Below are positions 12,401 through 25,714 of a stretch of 64,000 nucleotides of DNA, piece by piece. This stretch comes from Blasia pusilla (lineage: Eukaryota). Position 1 is the stretch's first letter; each line of letters starts with the position of its first letter. Below the pieces are notes generated by a model. It did not search any database, was not told the DNA's origin, and saw only the letters and a program-made list of their open reading frames with translations. Location of the stretch: NCBI GenBank assembly GCA_050084515.1, contig CM114271.1:43586001-43650000 (forward strand), given 5' to 3'. A program made the position numbers and the translations under genes.

Positions 12401-14808
12401 TCAAAATTATTTAAGTGTCATGTTCTAAGGACATAAGCTCTCAAAAATTCAAGAATCAAGCCTATGTTAACAACATAAATAAATATAGACAGATATTTTT
12501 GCAAGAAGAAGATCTCTTCCTCATGGATTCATGCCCTCTACAATTGAATAATACTTACCAATCAAGATGCACATTCCATGTATGATAAAAATCCTTTAAT
12601 CCTCCTTTCGAAAACACATGAGCGCCTTCTCCTCTTCCTTGGGTCTGCTCTTCATTTAAAAACACCACACCAAAATCCATTCATGTCTTTGGAAAGCCCT
12701 TGATCCCACCTAGTTTTATGGGAAAAAAACCCCATGTTATCACCATCTCGTCATTTGAAATCAAATCATCCTATTTTTGCTTGGCCCTCCTTGTGTATAA
12801 ATCAACTATTGTACCATGCTCGTGTTGTGCACATAGTAATTTTTTCCTCATTCAAAAAATTCATTACTTACCTATCGGAGTTATCCAAAAGACAAGTGTT
12901 AATCAATGTTAGTCCTAATATATAGGAGTCAGAAAGTGCTTCTCTTTTCATAGTATAAGTTGCTTCATCTTTCCTCCTTTCCTTCCATTTAAACTTTAAA
13001 TGTGGACTATTTAGTCTTGTAGTTACTCTCTAGACCAAAAAAATCCCACAAAATTTCAAAACAAAAACTTTCAATTTGCAAGTGTCAAGACTCAAGAGTT
13101 GCAAATTATGCCAAAAAAAAAATCACATTCAAATCTGCAAATGTTGCTTGTAAACTTGGTACTTTGTGAGGATTTGTACTCTAAAAGTACTTGCTCTTTG
13201 GATCCATGTTACTCACAAACATTTTGCTATTGTTCCAAAGACATTTCTCCTTTTTTTCTTTTCCTTTTACGCCTTTAAGGCCATATTTTAAGGATTTATA
13301 ACCCTAGATATCATGTTCATTCCCAACTTGCCAACTCTTCCTCTTTCTTAACATGGGGGCAGTTTGAAGGATAAGATGCACATCAAGGAGCTACATCCTC
13401 AAGCTAATAACCTTACAAAGGATTGAAAGGAGCTACAAGAAATTCTCTTCTCTCAATAATTTGTCCCATTCGAAAAATTCCACATGAGGTTGATAAAACA
13501 TAATTGTGGCCAAGTTCATGCATATAAAATCCAACTATGAGGTCATTTGAGCTATATATACTACACCTAACTCGAGGGAGAGTTTGATAAGGATGGGTTT
13601 TTTGGGAGAGAGTGCACAAATGATGAGAGATTGAAACAATCACAATACATGCAAGCAATGGAGAAGCCTTAAACATTAGAGGAGAACTATTAGTAATAAT
13701 TTGACGTTGGTCTTTAAGGAGAATTTCATTTGGTGCCGATAGAAACTAATGGAAGTGATGAGGGAGAAATAAAAAGAGATAAATAGGAGAGGAGATGAGT
13801 GAGAATTTGGTACTACAATATATCAATGATTTAGAAAATCACTATGAATTGACTATGTTGTTATCATTGCTATTTCATGCGTGTTATACCTAACTCTCTC
13901 CTACATGGTCCTCCAAATTTCAATACATTCTATGCACCCATTGAAAGGCTTTTTTACTATGAATATATTTTTGTGCATATTCTCTTTATTTTCCTAGTAA
14001 TTATTGGTGCCCCATATAGAATCATCACTCTACTTACAAGGGAAACATAAGAAAAAATCATTGATTTCATTCTTGACTTTCTTTTTGGTAATACCACATG
14101 TCAAAATTGAATGCACCAATCTCATCTAAAATTATGCATTGGGAAAGTAGGATCATTTGATACAATCAATATAATTTTGGGGACTTAGTGAAGGTTTTTT
14201 TTTGTAAAAGATGGTCTAAATATGACTAGTTTGATGCATCATTATGGTGTTGATCTTTTAGTGTTTGCATATCATTGTTTCTTGCTATTTTTCAAGAAGA
14301 TTTCATCGCCCTTTTTATTTGTTTCCCCATGAATCTCTTTTCCATTTCTAATGCATATGATCCATCTTTTTCATCCCATTTGTTAGCACATCTTGGATAA
14401 ATGACATTTGTTGTTGTTTCATAGCTTCCCCATCCACTATATCTATTTCTTATAATGATTGCTATAGGAATAGATGAAAGAAAGAAAGAAAATGAATCAA
14501 TTTATCTCTCTACTCATTTCTATAATCTAGTTGGCATGCTCATACAGTGAACACTTTTAAAACCATCTAATCTTTGATCCTCCATCCCTAATTTTTTTCA
14601 ACATTTAAAATCATTATAAGAGTTATGAGTTTTTTTTTCTTAGAAATATGTACAAACTTTCAATAATATTATAGATTAGTAGTATAAGAAAAAATCCTTT
14701 TTTCCTCAATTTATGCACTTCTCCTCTTAATTTTAAATTATACTTGTCCCCACCTCGTATGTACCCTCTCCCTTTCTCATCTAGAAAATCCCCCTCTTCT
14801 ACAATATT

Positions 14809-14882
14809 CAAACTTCCTTGATAGTTTAGGGATGCGAAGGGACTAATGTCATTTCGCGTCCCTGAACTATCAAGGAAGTTTG
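14809..14882. repeat. 30-bp inverted repeat (fold-back)
   Basis: caaacttccttgatagtttagggatgcgaa (14809-14838) pairs with ttcgcgtccctgaactatcaaggaagtttg (14853-14882); 2 mismatches, both T:G on the + strand. Confidence 0.9.
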
Positions 14883-14949
14883 TCCCAAATCTTGAATGAC
14901 TTCATAGTGTTGGGGAGTGAGAGATTAGGTTTGACATGTCCAAATCAAT

Positions 14950-16350
14950 TAAGCTTCAGGGATAAATCAAGATGCGAACTCGGGATACATAAGGTTGGTT
15001 GATCCAAAACATGGCTAATATGAGCATATTTGGGTATAGACCATTAGGATGAGCGTGACAGCTCAACGTAAGGTTTTATGACACACAAGATCAAGATTCA
15101 AGGGAGTATGTGCACGACATCTTAGCAAGGCCACAAATTTCTTTGTTTGGAGCCAAAGAGGTAAATTGTAGTTCACCAAGAGCACCGGCCATGTGGACCA
15201 AGAGTTAGATTTCTAAGAAAAGGGATTAACCCCATCAAGGGCTAATCCAAATCTACAATTACTAATCTCTTTTGCAAAATCTGGATACAAATTATTCACA
15301 TGACACCATGCCTTGCTGTTCGTAGTGTATCTAACTTATCCATCTACACTCTTATTTTCTAAAGCCCAATTCAACAATTGGGATAGAACTCGACACCGAA
15401 ACATCTGTTGTATTCTAGGGATTAGAGGAAAGTGTGGGAATACCTTACAAAGTACCAGCGATTGTCCCACTTGCTTGAATCTAGACTTGCTACATATTGG
15501 GCAGGTTTTGAAAATCGGCCAAATCTTCTCGAAAAAAAACACAGCCATCCGGACAAGCATGGATAGAATTATAACTCATGCCCAACCTCCCAATCAGCTT
15601 CTTTGCAGTGTAGTAGCTTGATGGGACAAGATTATCAATAGGCAATACCAATCTACCAAGAAGTTTTAATATTTCATCTACTGCTATGTTTGACACATTA
15701 TGGGTTGTTTGGATATTAAACAAGAGCATGAAGAATGCAAGAACTGATGTCTTTTTAGTAGGGAGCAATGGCTTGCATGCATCAGCCAGCTCTTGGTATT
15801 CATCTCCCTGACTATTCGTATCAGGATCTTGTTTAAAGACCAGTTCTGATTCCACCCCATCTCCCAGGGGCAGAACATAATCTTCATTCTCATCCTCATG
15901 GAAATGGTCATACTATTGGAAGATATCATTGAGCATTTCATGGACATCAACGTTATCATCCAACTAACCATTGTGTAAGCTTTCTTCATGACGAGGTTGG
16001 ACGGTGTAAATAGATCTCATGACCTTCTCACCATGCTCCTTCCTCTCATGTTGATCATAAGTTTGCCAATCCTCATCAGAAGAATCCCACCCATCCCTAC
16101 TTTTGGGCACTCAAAAAAACTATAAGCGCCCATGTTTCCTTAAATGCCCCTCCAGTTTCTGAATGGACATTGTAGCCCCACCCTTACATAGACTACAAGG
16201 GCATCTAATTCTTTTCCTTTGAAGTGCTAGAGCTTGCGCATATTTACTTCGCCACAATTTCAAATCATGAGCATTGGTTCTTTCGGGATGATTCAAGTCC
16301 AATCTAGATGGTTTCCTTATCACGAGAATTGTTACAAAAAACAACAAAGA
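14950..16350 (-). mobile_element. CACTA/En-Spm transposase (Transposase_21/Tnp2-like) pseudogene fragment
   Basis: IRCPCSLCK (transposase-associated domain), PSSYYTAKKLIGRLGMSYNSIHACPDGCVFFR, CPICSKSRFK, FPLIPRIQQMF, and downstream DGVNPF...STWPVLLVNYNLP (~15160-15240); several frameshifts and stops; no CACTA termini found. Confidence 0.85.
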
Positions 16351-19300
16351 AATGACTCAAAACTATGACGCACACCATACCTAATCGATTATCGAACAAG
16401 CTTAGTAAAACGAATGTATGGCATTCTTTCTTGGGGTATGTTTAACTATGCAGAATTAATAGTCACTAACCTATGACATACAAAATAATACAAAAATATG
16501 TTTCCCTAAACATCCTTAAGGCCCAAAATGGGTATAATATATTGTATAATTGTACACACCTGATAATCATCCGCACTCTTCTCAACCTTCCCTGTCAAGT
16601 CAAACACTAGAAAAATCTAAACACCTGAGTATAAAAAAAAATAGTGAGTATGGTTTTTCCCATTTCCATATTGTGGCTTTACATTTGCCTTCTTCGATTT
16701 TGAGAGTCTATGATATGACTTCCATACGAATACAATGAATGAATATGAATAAATTGTACCAACTTTTCTTTACTAACAACAATTTATTGTATTAATCACT
16801 GAGTGATTTATTTGAGGATCTAAAATTATCAACTTACTTTCAAACGTCCTCTACAGTAGCTTTGTATGTTTTTGGTATTAGCATGGGAACTTAAATGGCA
16901 GCTTTGCATTTTAGGGATTATCCTTGTTACAGTTAGAATGGACTAATCATTTAAATTCTCGAGTATGTCTTTCTAATTGCATGCCAGAAATATTCCTCAT
17001 TAAAAAATGCGGATAGAGGGTAGAGGGTTATAACACCACACAAGATGAACCCACGCAACAATACTTCTCTTGCACAAAGAATCCTCATAGCAAATACGAG
17101 ACGTCACATCTGGATCGAGTGTGGAAAGCATATCAAATACCTTCTGGTCAAATTTTCCCAACGGAATCTCTCCTTGTAACCATTTGAACCAAGTAGTATC
17201 AGGCATATTCCAAATGAAGAACAAACTCACCCTACTTCAAATCCAATATACAATCGGCCATACTTGTGTCAAGTTCCCACGTCTGCCCCTAAATATAATC
17301 GAGAACTCCTCTACATTCTCGTAGAAAACTAGAACTACACATTTACACATCAGTCTATTCATACCACTCAGGAGATGGATTTTACCAAGGTTCACACAAG
17401 GCAGTACATTTTACCAAGGTTCACACAGTCACATTTGGATTGGAAAGAGTGATTGACAAGTACAAACGTTCAAACAGAGCTAATACAACAACCTCGTGTG
17501 ATCAGCATGACACTAGCAAACCTTGACATTTCTGGTCTAAAATCTTGCAAAGAAAATGTGCAATTCGTCTGTTCCAGGTCGGATTAATGGGAGAGACAGG
17601 TTTAAATAGTCGGGATCTTCCTTGTCGCATGACAATGCAACGTCAAGAAATTGACACAATAGTTCTAGCGCACAGGGCTACTCGAATGGAAATAAGTGAT
17701 TCTAAACAACCTCATGAAGGAACAAGGGTGCAATGAGAATCAGGCCACATCATCAAATTCTCACTGCACGCAACAGGACTCTGGATCTAAGGGATTTGCC
17801 ATACTTGATCTCCACAAAAGCGTATTTGATTAGGTCAACCAGAGCGAAGAACAGGGCCAGAGAACAAAGAAAACATCGGAGGCCAAAAAACCGACATGTT
17901 TCATTGATCTCCACAATACACCCGTTACTAAATTTTCCAACAATCGGAGGAACGATGCCTCATGGTCGCGCAGATCAGGAGGCGCATCCCTCGCTCGAAT
18001 ATCGTCCACTCTCAACACAAAACCCGCCTGAGTCGCCAACACCAAACGCTGCCGTAGTTGTTAGCTCTTGTCTTGGCTGTCACAGTTGTTAGCTCTTGTC
18101 TTGGAGAGTACCGTGGTCACCAATGTCTGTCGATCTTCAGTTTGACACCAAGCTTGCAAGATCGATCACTCTCCGCACGAGCCAGTTGAGGGTCGAGTTT
18201 GGGGCCAATTTCTAATGCTCGAATCCATCTCATGTCTTGTTTGCCTCTGGGACATTCGAGAGAGAGAGACTAAATATTGTCACCAAGGTCTGTTGATCCC
18301 CAGTTTGTTACCGAGCTTGCAAGATCGATCACTCTCCTGAACCAACATGCAGCTTGGATTTGCACGAACCTCCCCACTCCATAAAAACTCCAAAATTTCT
18401 ACTCCCCACTCAATGAAACTCCACTCCACCAATGCACTCTTTGCGCGCTCACTCTCTCCCGCCAAAGACAACACACCATATCCGCAAGCAAGTAACCAAA
18501 CATTCCAAACTACAACATTCTATGCCATATCAACGATCAACATTCCCTCCCATGCCACATCATTCACAATGCTTCCAAGTCAACCCTACATATGATATGC
18601 AAAATATTATAATTATGCCTCCAAAATTATCCTCTTTTCGATGTCTGATACTATGTTGAAGGTGACCTACACTATGCAAGGCGGATTGAAAATTCCTCTT
18701 TGAATTTGACTTCTACTATCATGACAAGAGTCTTGAAAGGATAGTTGGAGTTTCTCTGAACACATCCTCAAATCTTCAAACTTTATGTCAACATGCACTT
18801 AAATCTCATGACTCCGTGGAAAGAAAAGCCTGCAAATGACCACCCACACATTAAATGAAAAAACGTAAACCCTAAATAAGGTCTTTCATTTTTTGTATTA
18901 GCATGAGGGGATCATTGGCACATCTGAACCGTTGAAGTTGGGAACGGATTTATTTCAAGGCTATTACCAAGTTTCATCATCATCCAATAGTTGGAATGAA
19001 TGTTATCATCATGTTAACGTGAAAATGCCACAACGACTCGAAAGATTCCTACTCAATGCCCTCTTGCTCATTCTTGACCCCTCATTTTCTCCCCTCCCAG
19101 TAGGTGTGCTACTTTTCAACTTAGTGAAAGTACTCATATCTACAATGTTTGATCTTGTTCATTACTTTAACTTTATTTTCTCTTTAGAGTACATGAGAAT
19201 TTAGTGTCATTTCATTTCAGGTTGTATTAAAAATTCACTTTAGTTTCACACTCATACTTGTAAGATTATACATAAATAAATTCTCCAACTATTGATACAC

Positions 19301-21361
19301 TTGATGGTCAATCTAAAGGAACCACTTGCACTCATTCACAAACCAGCTTCCACCTGCCTAACTATTATCAGACTCTACTATTTTATAAACCCAACCAATG
19401 CTCACTTATGAGACTCTACTATTTCAAGTAGAACATGATACCTTAAATTATTATTCATGTCCATCCAATATTCTTCACATGAATTTAACCATTGCTACCA
19501 AATGCCTCAAATTACCATTCATATCCATTTAATAAACTTCAAATAAATTTCACCCCCAATTTTACTTAGATGCACATTGTACGAATCTAATCCATTTGTA
19601 TATTTAATTACACTAATAAACCTTCCTTATTCATACTTCATGGGCTGCATACTAGTTTAGTTTGATATATCTTAATTATTTTGTAGCTCTATACATGTCC
19701 ATGGAAATATTGTGCGGGATAGTGATCATATGTAACAAGTTACTCTTTGTGCATTCTTGAGCACATCTTCTAATTATCAACTCCCATAGGAAGTTGTGAA
19801 AAAAAAATGAAACCTTTGCTACAAGATTCAAGAGGAACTCTACTTGAAAGAGTCTTTTAATATGTAGATATTTTCAAATTTGTCTGTAGGACTGAACCCT
19901 CTAAATAATCCTCTCTAGATCCTAAATGAGCACCAAAGGATCTTTCAAGATCCCCCTGATCTTGATTGAAATCAATGCTCAAAATTTGAAGGTAGTCTAG
20001 TCTAGAGTCACGTGTACTCTCATCTTCGCATTGTAGTCCTCCAGTTGATGTCAAACTCATGCTCGTTTCTCAAGGAGTATTAGAGAAAATTGAGCTTGCA
20101 TTAGAGGTCATATACAAAACATATTGAGATGGTTTGACAATGTAAAATGGTCTTCAAACTTGAGAAGCTTGCTTCTCAAGTTGGACTTGAGTTCTAGCTT
20201 TCTTGATGAGTCTTCCAAATCCAAGTGGCTCTAAAGTCAAGGCTCAAAGTTGGACACAATTTCTCTTCAATATATCATTGACTCCTTTATGATAAATAGG
20301 AGTCTTTACATCATCTTGTTTGACCTTCCCTTATATCTTGTAGGAAATATATTGACTAAATCTAGTAACCTTTCTAGTTAAATATTTCTAAAAATTTGGA
20401 GTAATACCTCAAAGTTGGGTGGAATACTCTATAAAGCTCTCTCTTTCATGGTGGATTGAAATTTTCAAAGCTTTATTTAAAAGTTTCAAATTTTTTTCCT
20501 TTCCTTTCTTCCATTTTCGGAGTGTCATTCTATTGTCTTTTAACAAATGAACTACTTGTGAGTTGTTGCTTAACACTCCATTTTGAAAAAAGGCCCACAC
20601 TTTAATGTTGAATCAATCATTTTGGCAAAGAAATCCCATTCTTGCGATTCATAATCTCACCTTGGAGTTTGGTTACCACTATTTTGCCCACTAATTTGTA
20701 GATGGTCTATAAGGAACCAATGAACATCTTGAAGATACGATAAGCCAATTCAACTTTATCTTGTTTTTTCAACAAGATAGTCTCCAAAGTCCAAATATGA
20801 AAGATTTCAAGTTATAGAAGGAAAATTTTGATAGCAGTTGTCAAAAATCAATGCATAGAGCTTACATCTTGGATTCTCAAAATCTTAGAAATGACAATAG
20901 AATGACAAAGTACATACTATAGTTTTACAAAGTCTTACAAAGATTTGAAATGGAATATATACTATTATGGGAGAACACCTTCTTGATTTTCAAACACTTG
21001 TTTGATTGACATATGACACTCAAGCAACAAGATTTTTTTCTCATACTTGGGGCAACAAGAAAATCTTGTACGGGTGGCAAGATTTTTTTTGGAATTTGTA
21101 TGAAGCATGATTAATCATGTGGAGGGTACAGGATGTACACTAATATCTAGTTCTATAGAATTGCACAACTTGAGTTCTGTAAATGTGAATGGTTTCCTAC
21201 CACACGAGTCTCGCAATCTCAAGATGAATGCTATGTAAGCATAAGGTGATTCCCCATTCGTAAAATAAACTAGCCTTGTGGCCCCTAGTGGCGGGGTGTG
21301 GATTGGCACAGGATGCAAATTAATAATGAGAGTTAGAAAAAATAGAGGGAATCCCTACACA

Positions 21362-21566
21362 TCTATATTATTATGGCATTGTGCCCCTTCAACTTTCAAA
21401 CTCATCTTGGGTCGACATGTAGCATTTTTAACTCATTAAGTCTTGACAAGTATTCTTGACTAATTTTGAGGGAATTTTGGGAGGTTTGTTAAAGATTAGT
21501 TAAGATAATGATGGGTAATTCAAATTACCCATTGTTAGCCCCATGCAGTGCACGCTTACCTACTAG
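21362..21566 (+). mobile_element. Putative non-autonomous mini-Helitron (~205 bp)
   Basis: Starts A|TCTATATTATTATGG, the same 5' end as the minis at 23.9-24.6 kb; ends with a degenerate gccccatgcagtgcacg hairpin and CTAG|T. Confidence 0.6.
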
Positions 21567-23855
21567 TGTGTTTCATATGCATGCTTAGGAAGGTGGCTAT
21601 GCATCCATACGTGGTAGAATCCAAGGGGGATGAAAGAAATATGCACTTTGGATATCAAAGTGGCAAAAGCATAAGGATAATAAAGTGGGCCAAGAACATA
21701 ACTAAAATAAAAGAGGAGGGAAAAACCATTAGTTTTTCACGGGTGTGAAAGAGAACCATACACAAAAATGCAAATTTGAAAGAGAGGATGATCAACAAAT
21801 GCGCGTTTCAAAACTTTTGTAATGTTTTATATATTATATTGAATAATTTTTTAATGTCTTTTAAGCATCAGACGACAAAGGGTGAAACCGTTTCAAAAGG
21901 AGGAGGAAGGATGGCGGGATATATGGAATGGGGATGCAGGGACGTGGGTCGAACTCACAACGAGAACAAAAACAGGATACTGCCGACGGCGGTTTGGATC
22001 CTGCAAGAAATGGAATCTTGCACGGACGGAGCAAATTCAACTAGACCGGGAAGATCTCGAGGTAGATCTGTTTGGCTCATCGCGTCCGGCCAACGATCTA
22101 TCGTTGCGGGTCATGGTCAGGACAGCCCGCCCTTTCGTCAGCTGCTCGGAGGCGGAGCCTCGGAGGAAGACGCAGACGAAGATTGCGCCGCGGGCAATCA
22201 ATCCCTGGTTGTCCAGTTTCCGCAGGGTTCGGAGATCCCGACGCCACAATTGTCATGGTGTGACAAGGTATGTCCAATTTAGTTCAATTTCACGGAAATC
22301 CGAAAAACCACGAAGTATAGAGGTCCATGGGTTGAGCGTTCTTCGTATTCGACAGTTCTTCAAAACTTCACTCCACGAGATCAAGCGCGTCGAGGATAGA
22401 CGTTGTCGGTTGGAGTTCCAAATGTTGGTTCGTTCTTCCAAATGAAAAGCTAGACCCGCTAAATCATACGAGTAGACGATTCGTGGGAGTTCCAAAGATT
22501 TTGGTCAGTTTTCCAAAACGAAAATGTGGTTCCAAGTTATACGGAGAAAATTGTGTGGAGTAAGTTTCACCTTTAGGACAAGTTCTCCACAACGAAAATA
22601 CAAAAGTTGAAGGGTATGCGGAGTCACGTGTGGTTCTTCTATCTAAATCTGCAAAACTTAAAAGTTAAATTAGGGCCGGGTCCCATGGGCCTCCCTAGAG
22701 ATCATGGCGACCTCATTTCCGCGACCAATTTGTATTTCCCTAGGACAAAGTACACATGTTTTGAGCAGAAACCGTTAGATATGCAATGAGAAGCGTTGCC
22801 AGGACGCCAGACAATTTCTGGGCCCAAAAAATTTGGGTGCAGAAAAAGTGGCGACCCTTGAAGGTTGCCGCGACGTCCTGCCCATGGGACTCGGCTCTTA
22901 AGGGCTACATCCCATGCGCTCCTATGGTCGCAGAAATGACCCAACGTCCTCGTGACCCCTGACTATTACCGAAAGGACGAAAGTATTTTGGTCTATTATT
23001 CAATGGTAACTTACTTTGGTGCGCATCCATGGGATAAGGCCATAATCCCATGGATGACCTAAGTAAGTTTGGTCTTTAATAACTAGCCAGATTGAGGTCG
23101 TGAGGATGGAATTGCTTCATGGGGTTGCGAGGTCATTTATGCTACCAAAAGTTTTGGACGCAAAAAAATTGGCAACCCTCTAAGGACCCGGTCTCATGTG
23201 GCCGGATCCTTGCCCAGTCGCAATTGGGGTCGTTGCGGTTGCAGCATAGCAATAGCAAGAAAAGCAAGAAAAGGATTATTTCCTTCTCGCCGGGTGGTAA
23301 CAAGGTGGCAAGAAACTTGCGCCCTGTGTTCTAACAACACCAATTTTCTTAAAGTCCCATGAATCCCATCCGCCAGATCAACCAAAATCCGGAACCCTGG
23401 GGCCAGGTCGTGGCGACCTCGGCCACATGGGACCGGATGCTAAGGCCCTTATCCCATGGCATAGAAACCGACCCCCAGCCCTCCGGGTGGCTAGCTGTTC
23501 TCAGCCGGTTTCATATTGAATACTAGGGCTGAAACCGCCCCTGCCCATCACTCTAACAAATCGTCCCCTCATTCACTCTCTAGAGCGAACAATCACACGG
23601 TCGTAGTTCTTGCGCCCTAAATTTCTGGGCGCAAGAAATGTGACGACTCTGTCAAGTTTCTAGGACTCCGGCTACAATCTATCATACAATTTACAATCTA
23701 CAATCAGACAACTTTGGGCCGTGGGATGAAGTTGATCTAACATGGTGCAACGTCTGTGAGCTACGCTCGCCCATAGAATATGGCTCTACTATGGCCATGA
23801 ACATGGGATAAGGCCCTAATATGCGATTTGGCTGCAAGTAACACAATTATGGATA

Positions 23856-24610
23856 CTAGTAAGGTGCCCGTGCGATGCACGGGAAATTAAAAAGTGTTTG
23901 AAGAGTTAATGTATAGCTCGTGAAGGGAAGAGATTAATGATATTGCACATAAATTCAAATTTTTATTTGCTGCCCGTAACATGTGAAACATTTTCTTGTT
24001 ACCACGAGTCAAACAAAGAGGTGTTTGCAAATCATGAAGGCACTCTCCCATAATAATATATATAAAGTGCCCGTGCGATGCAAGGGAAATAAAAAAGTGT
24101 TTGAAGGGAAGTGGTCAATGATGCCGCACATAAATTCTAATTTTTATTTGCTGACTGTAGCATGCGAAACATTTTCTTGCTGCCCAGCTGCCACGAGTCA
24201 AACAAAGAGGTGTTTGCAAATCATAAAGGCACTCTCCCATAATAATATAGATAAAGTGCCCGTGCGATGCAAGGGAAATAAAAAAAGTGTTTGAAGGGAA
24301 GAGGTCAATGATACCGCACATAAATTCTAATCTTTATTTGCTGCATGTAGCATGCGAAATATTTTCTTGCTGCCCAGCTGTCATGTGTCAAGCAAACAGG
24401 TGTTTGCAAATCAAGAAGGCACTCTCCCATAATAATATAGACTAGTGAGATGCCCATGTAGATTTCAAGATCTCCATCATTAGCTCTCCTCAACCATAAA
24501 CGACCAGAAGAACGAAAAAAAGGCATACTTTAGGGTGGCTCGAAGAAAAAATAATTCGAACTTATGGACGAGGTCCGAATCGAGAGGGGGTTCGCTAATA
24601 ATAATATAGA
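23856..24610 (-). mobile_element. Tandem head-to-tail array of mini-Helitrons (three related ~190-200 bp units plus one different unit)
   Basis: Repeated gtgcccgtgcgatgca(c/a)ggg hairpin at 23864, 24067 and 24256; outer 3' CTAG|T at 23859-23856; outer 5' A|TCTATATTATTA at 24610; internal junction CTAG|TCTATATTATTATGGG at 24442/24441. Confidence 0.85.
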
Positions 24611-25714
24611 TTTCTCAATAGGTACTCTTAGGAAGAGAACGAGCAGAAAGAAAGGTCGGACCGTGGAAGACGGAGATGCGGACAATCTAGCAATGGAGAA
24701 GATGGGGACTTCGAAGCAATACAGTACCAGACTCAATGGCCGAGAAGTCGGGCACTTTAGACACTTGGCAGTGTGGAAGGCCTTCAAGGTTTCGCGCTGG
24801 CAGCACCCACTCGCATTGAAGCCGACAGCTTAACAGACTTGATGTAGTGGAAGGTGTCGTGAAGCCTCATGAAGAGGAAAGGAGAACGTCTGAGTGGAAT
24901 TTGGCGTCGTAAGATTCACCGACCTGAGGACGAAGGGAACCAGAGCCGTCCGGTTGGACACCGTTGGTCTTAATTTGGCGTCGGCACGGCTGCCCATGTC
25001 CAGAGAGCTACCACGATTCGCTTATGCGCTACATATAAGAATGGAGAACCATTGCTAACATACGTCGGCTGGTTCCCTTGCAGATCAATGACCCTCCCCC
25101 AGCGGAAATCCTGCCTCGCAGGTTCCGAGATGCGGCGGCCGTAAGTTTGTTGGAGCGTGTGCACTATTGGAAACGTGTGCCTTTGCTGGCCATTGAACTT
25201 CTGCTACCTTCAACGTTGACTGGAGTTCATTTCTAGATGGTTGTCTGACGGCTAAGCACATTCTTGGAACAAGTGTCTTCCAAAAATTCTGGACACAACT
25301 TACTCAACCTGACGTCACGGAATCCAGACTAGCACAAAATCTTGACCTAGATCAAGATTATGTCCAATTCGGTGTCAAATAAAATGCACTCCTGAGTCAT
25401 CATATAAAACGTAGATATGGACACTTTCGTAATTACAAATTCGGCTACTTTTTTCTTAGTCGCACATAACTTGTTCCAGAGCTTGACGGAGATGAGTTTG
25501 CTTTAGACTCATGACGCTGCTGAAAAACGGCAATCATTGAGAGAAGGAAAATAAATAAATTTGGAGATCCTCTAGAGCTAATGACTGGGATTTAAACAAT
25601 TTCTGAGCTCCACATCCTGACAGTGGAAGACAACTCCGCCAGTTAAGGTCGAATCATTCGCTGCTTGTTTAAGTCAAATCATAGAAAAGTGAGGGATAAA
25701 CTCAGATTCAACTG

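Noticed and set aside
12300-14600. Stop-riddled, coding-like AT-rich sequence, possibly an old transposase
   Set aside because: No diagnostic motif could be read
21776-22445. GC-rich overlapping ORFs of 168 and 187 aa
   Set aside because: No recognisable motifs; probably a TE-derived or captured fragment
23860-24450. Regularly spaced repeats resembling a CRISPR array
   Set aside because: Whole ~190-200 bp units repeat with no unique spacers; Helitron termini explain them; eukaryotic context and no cas genes
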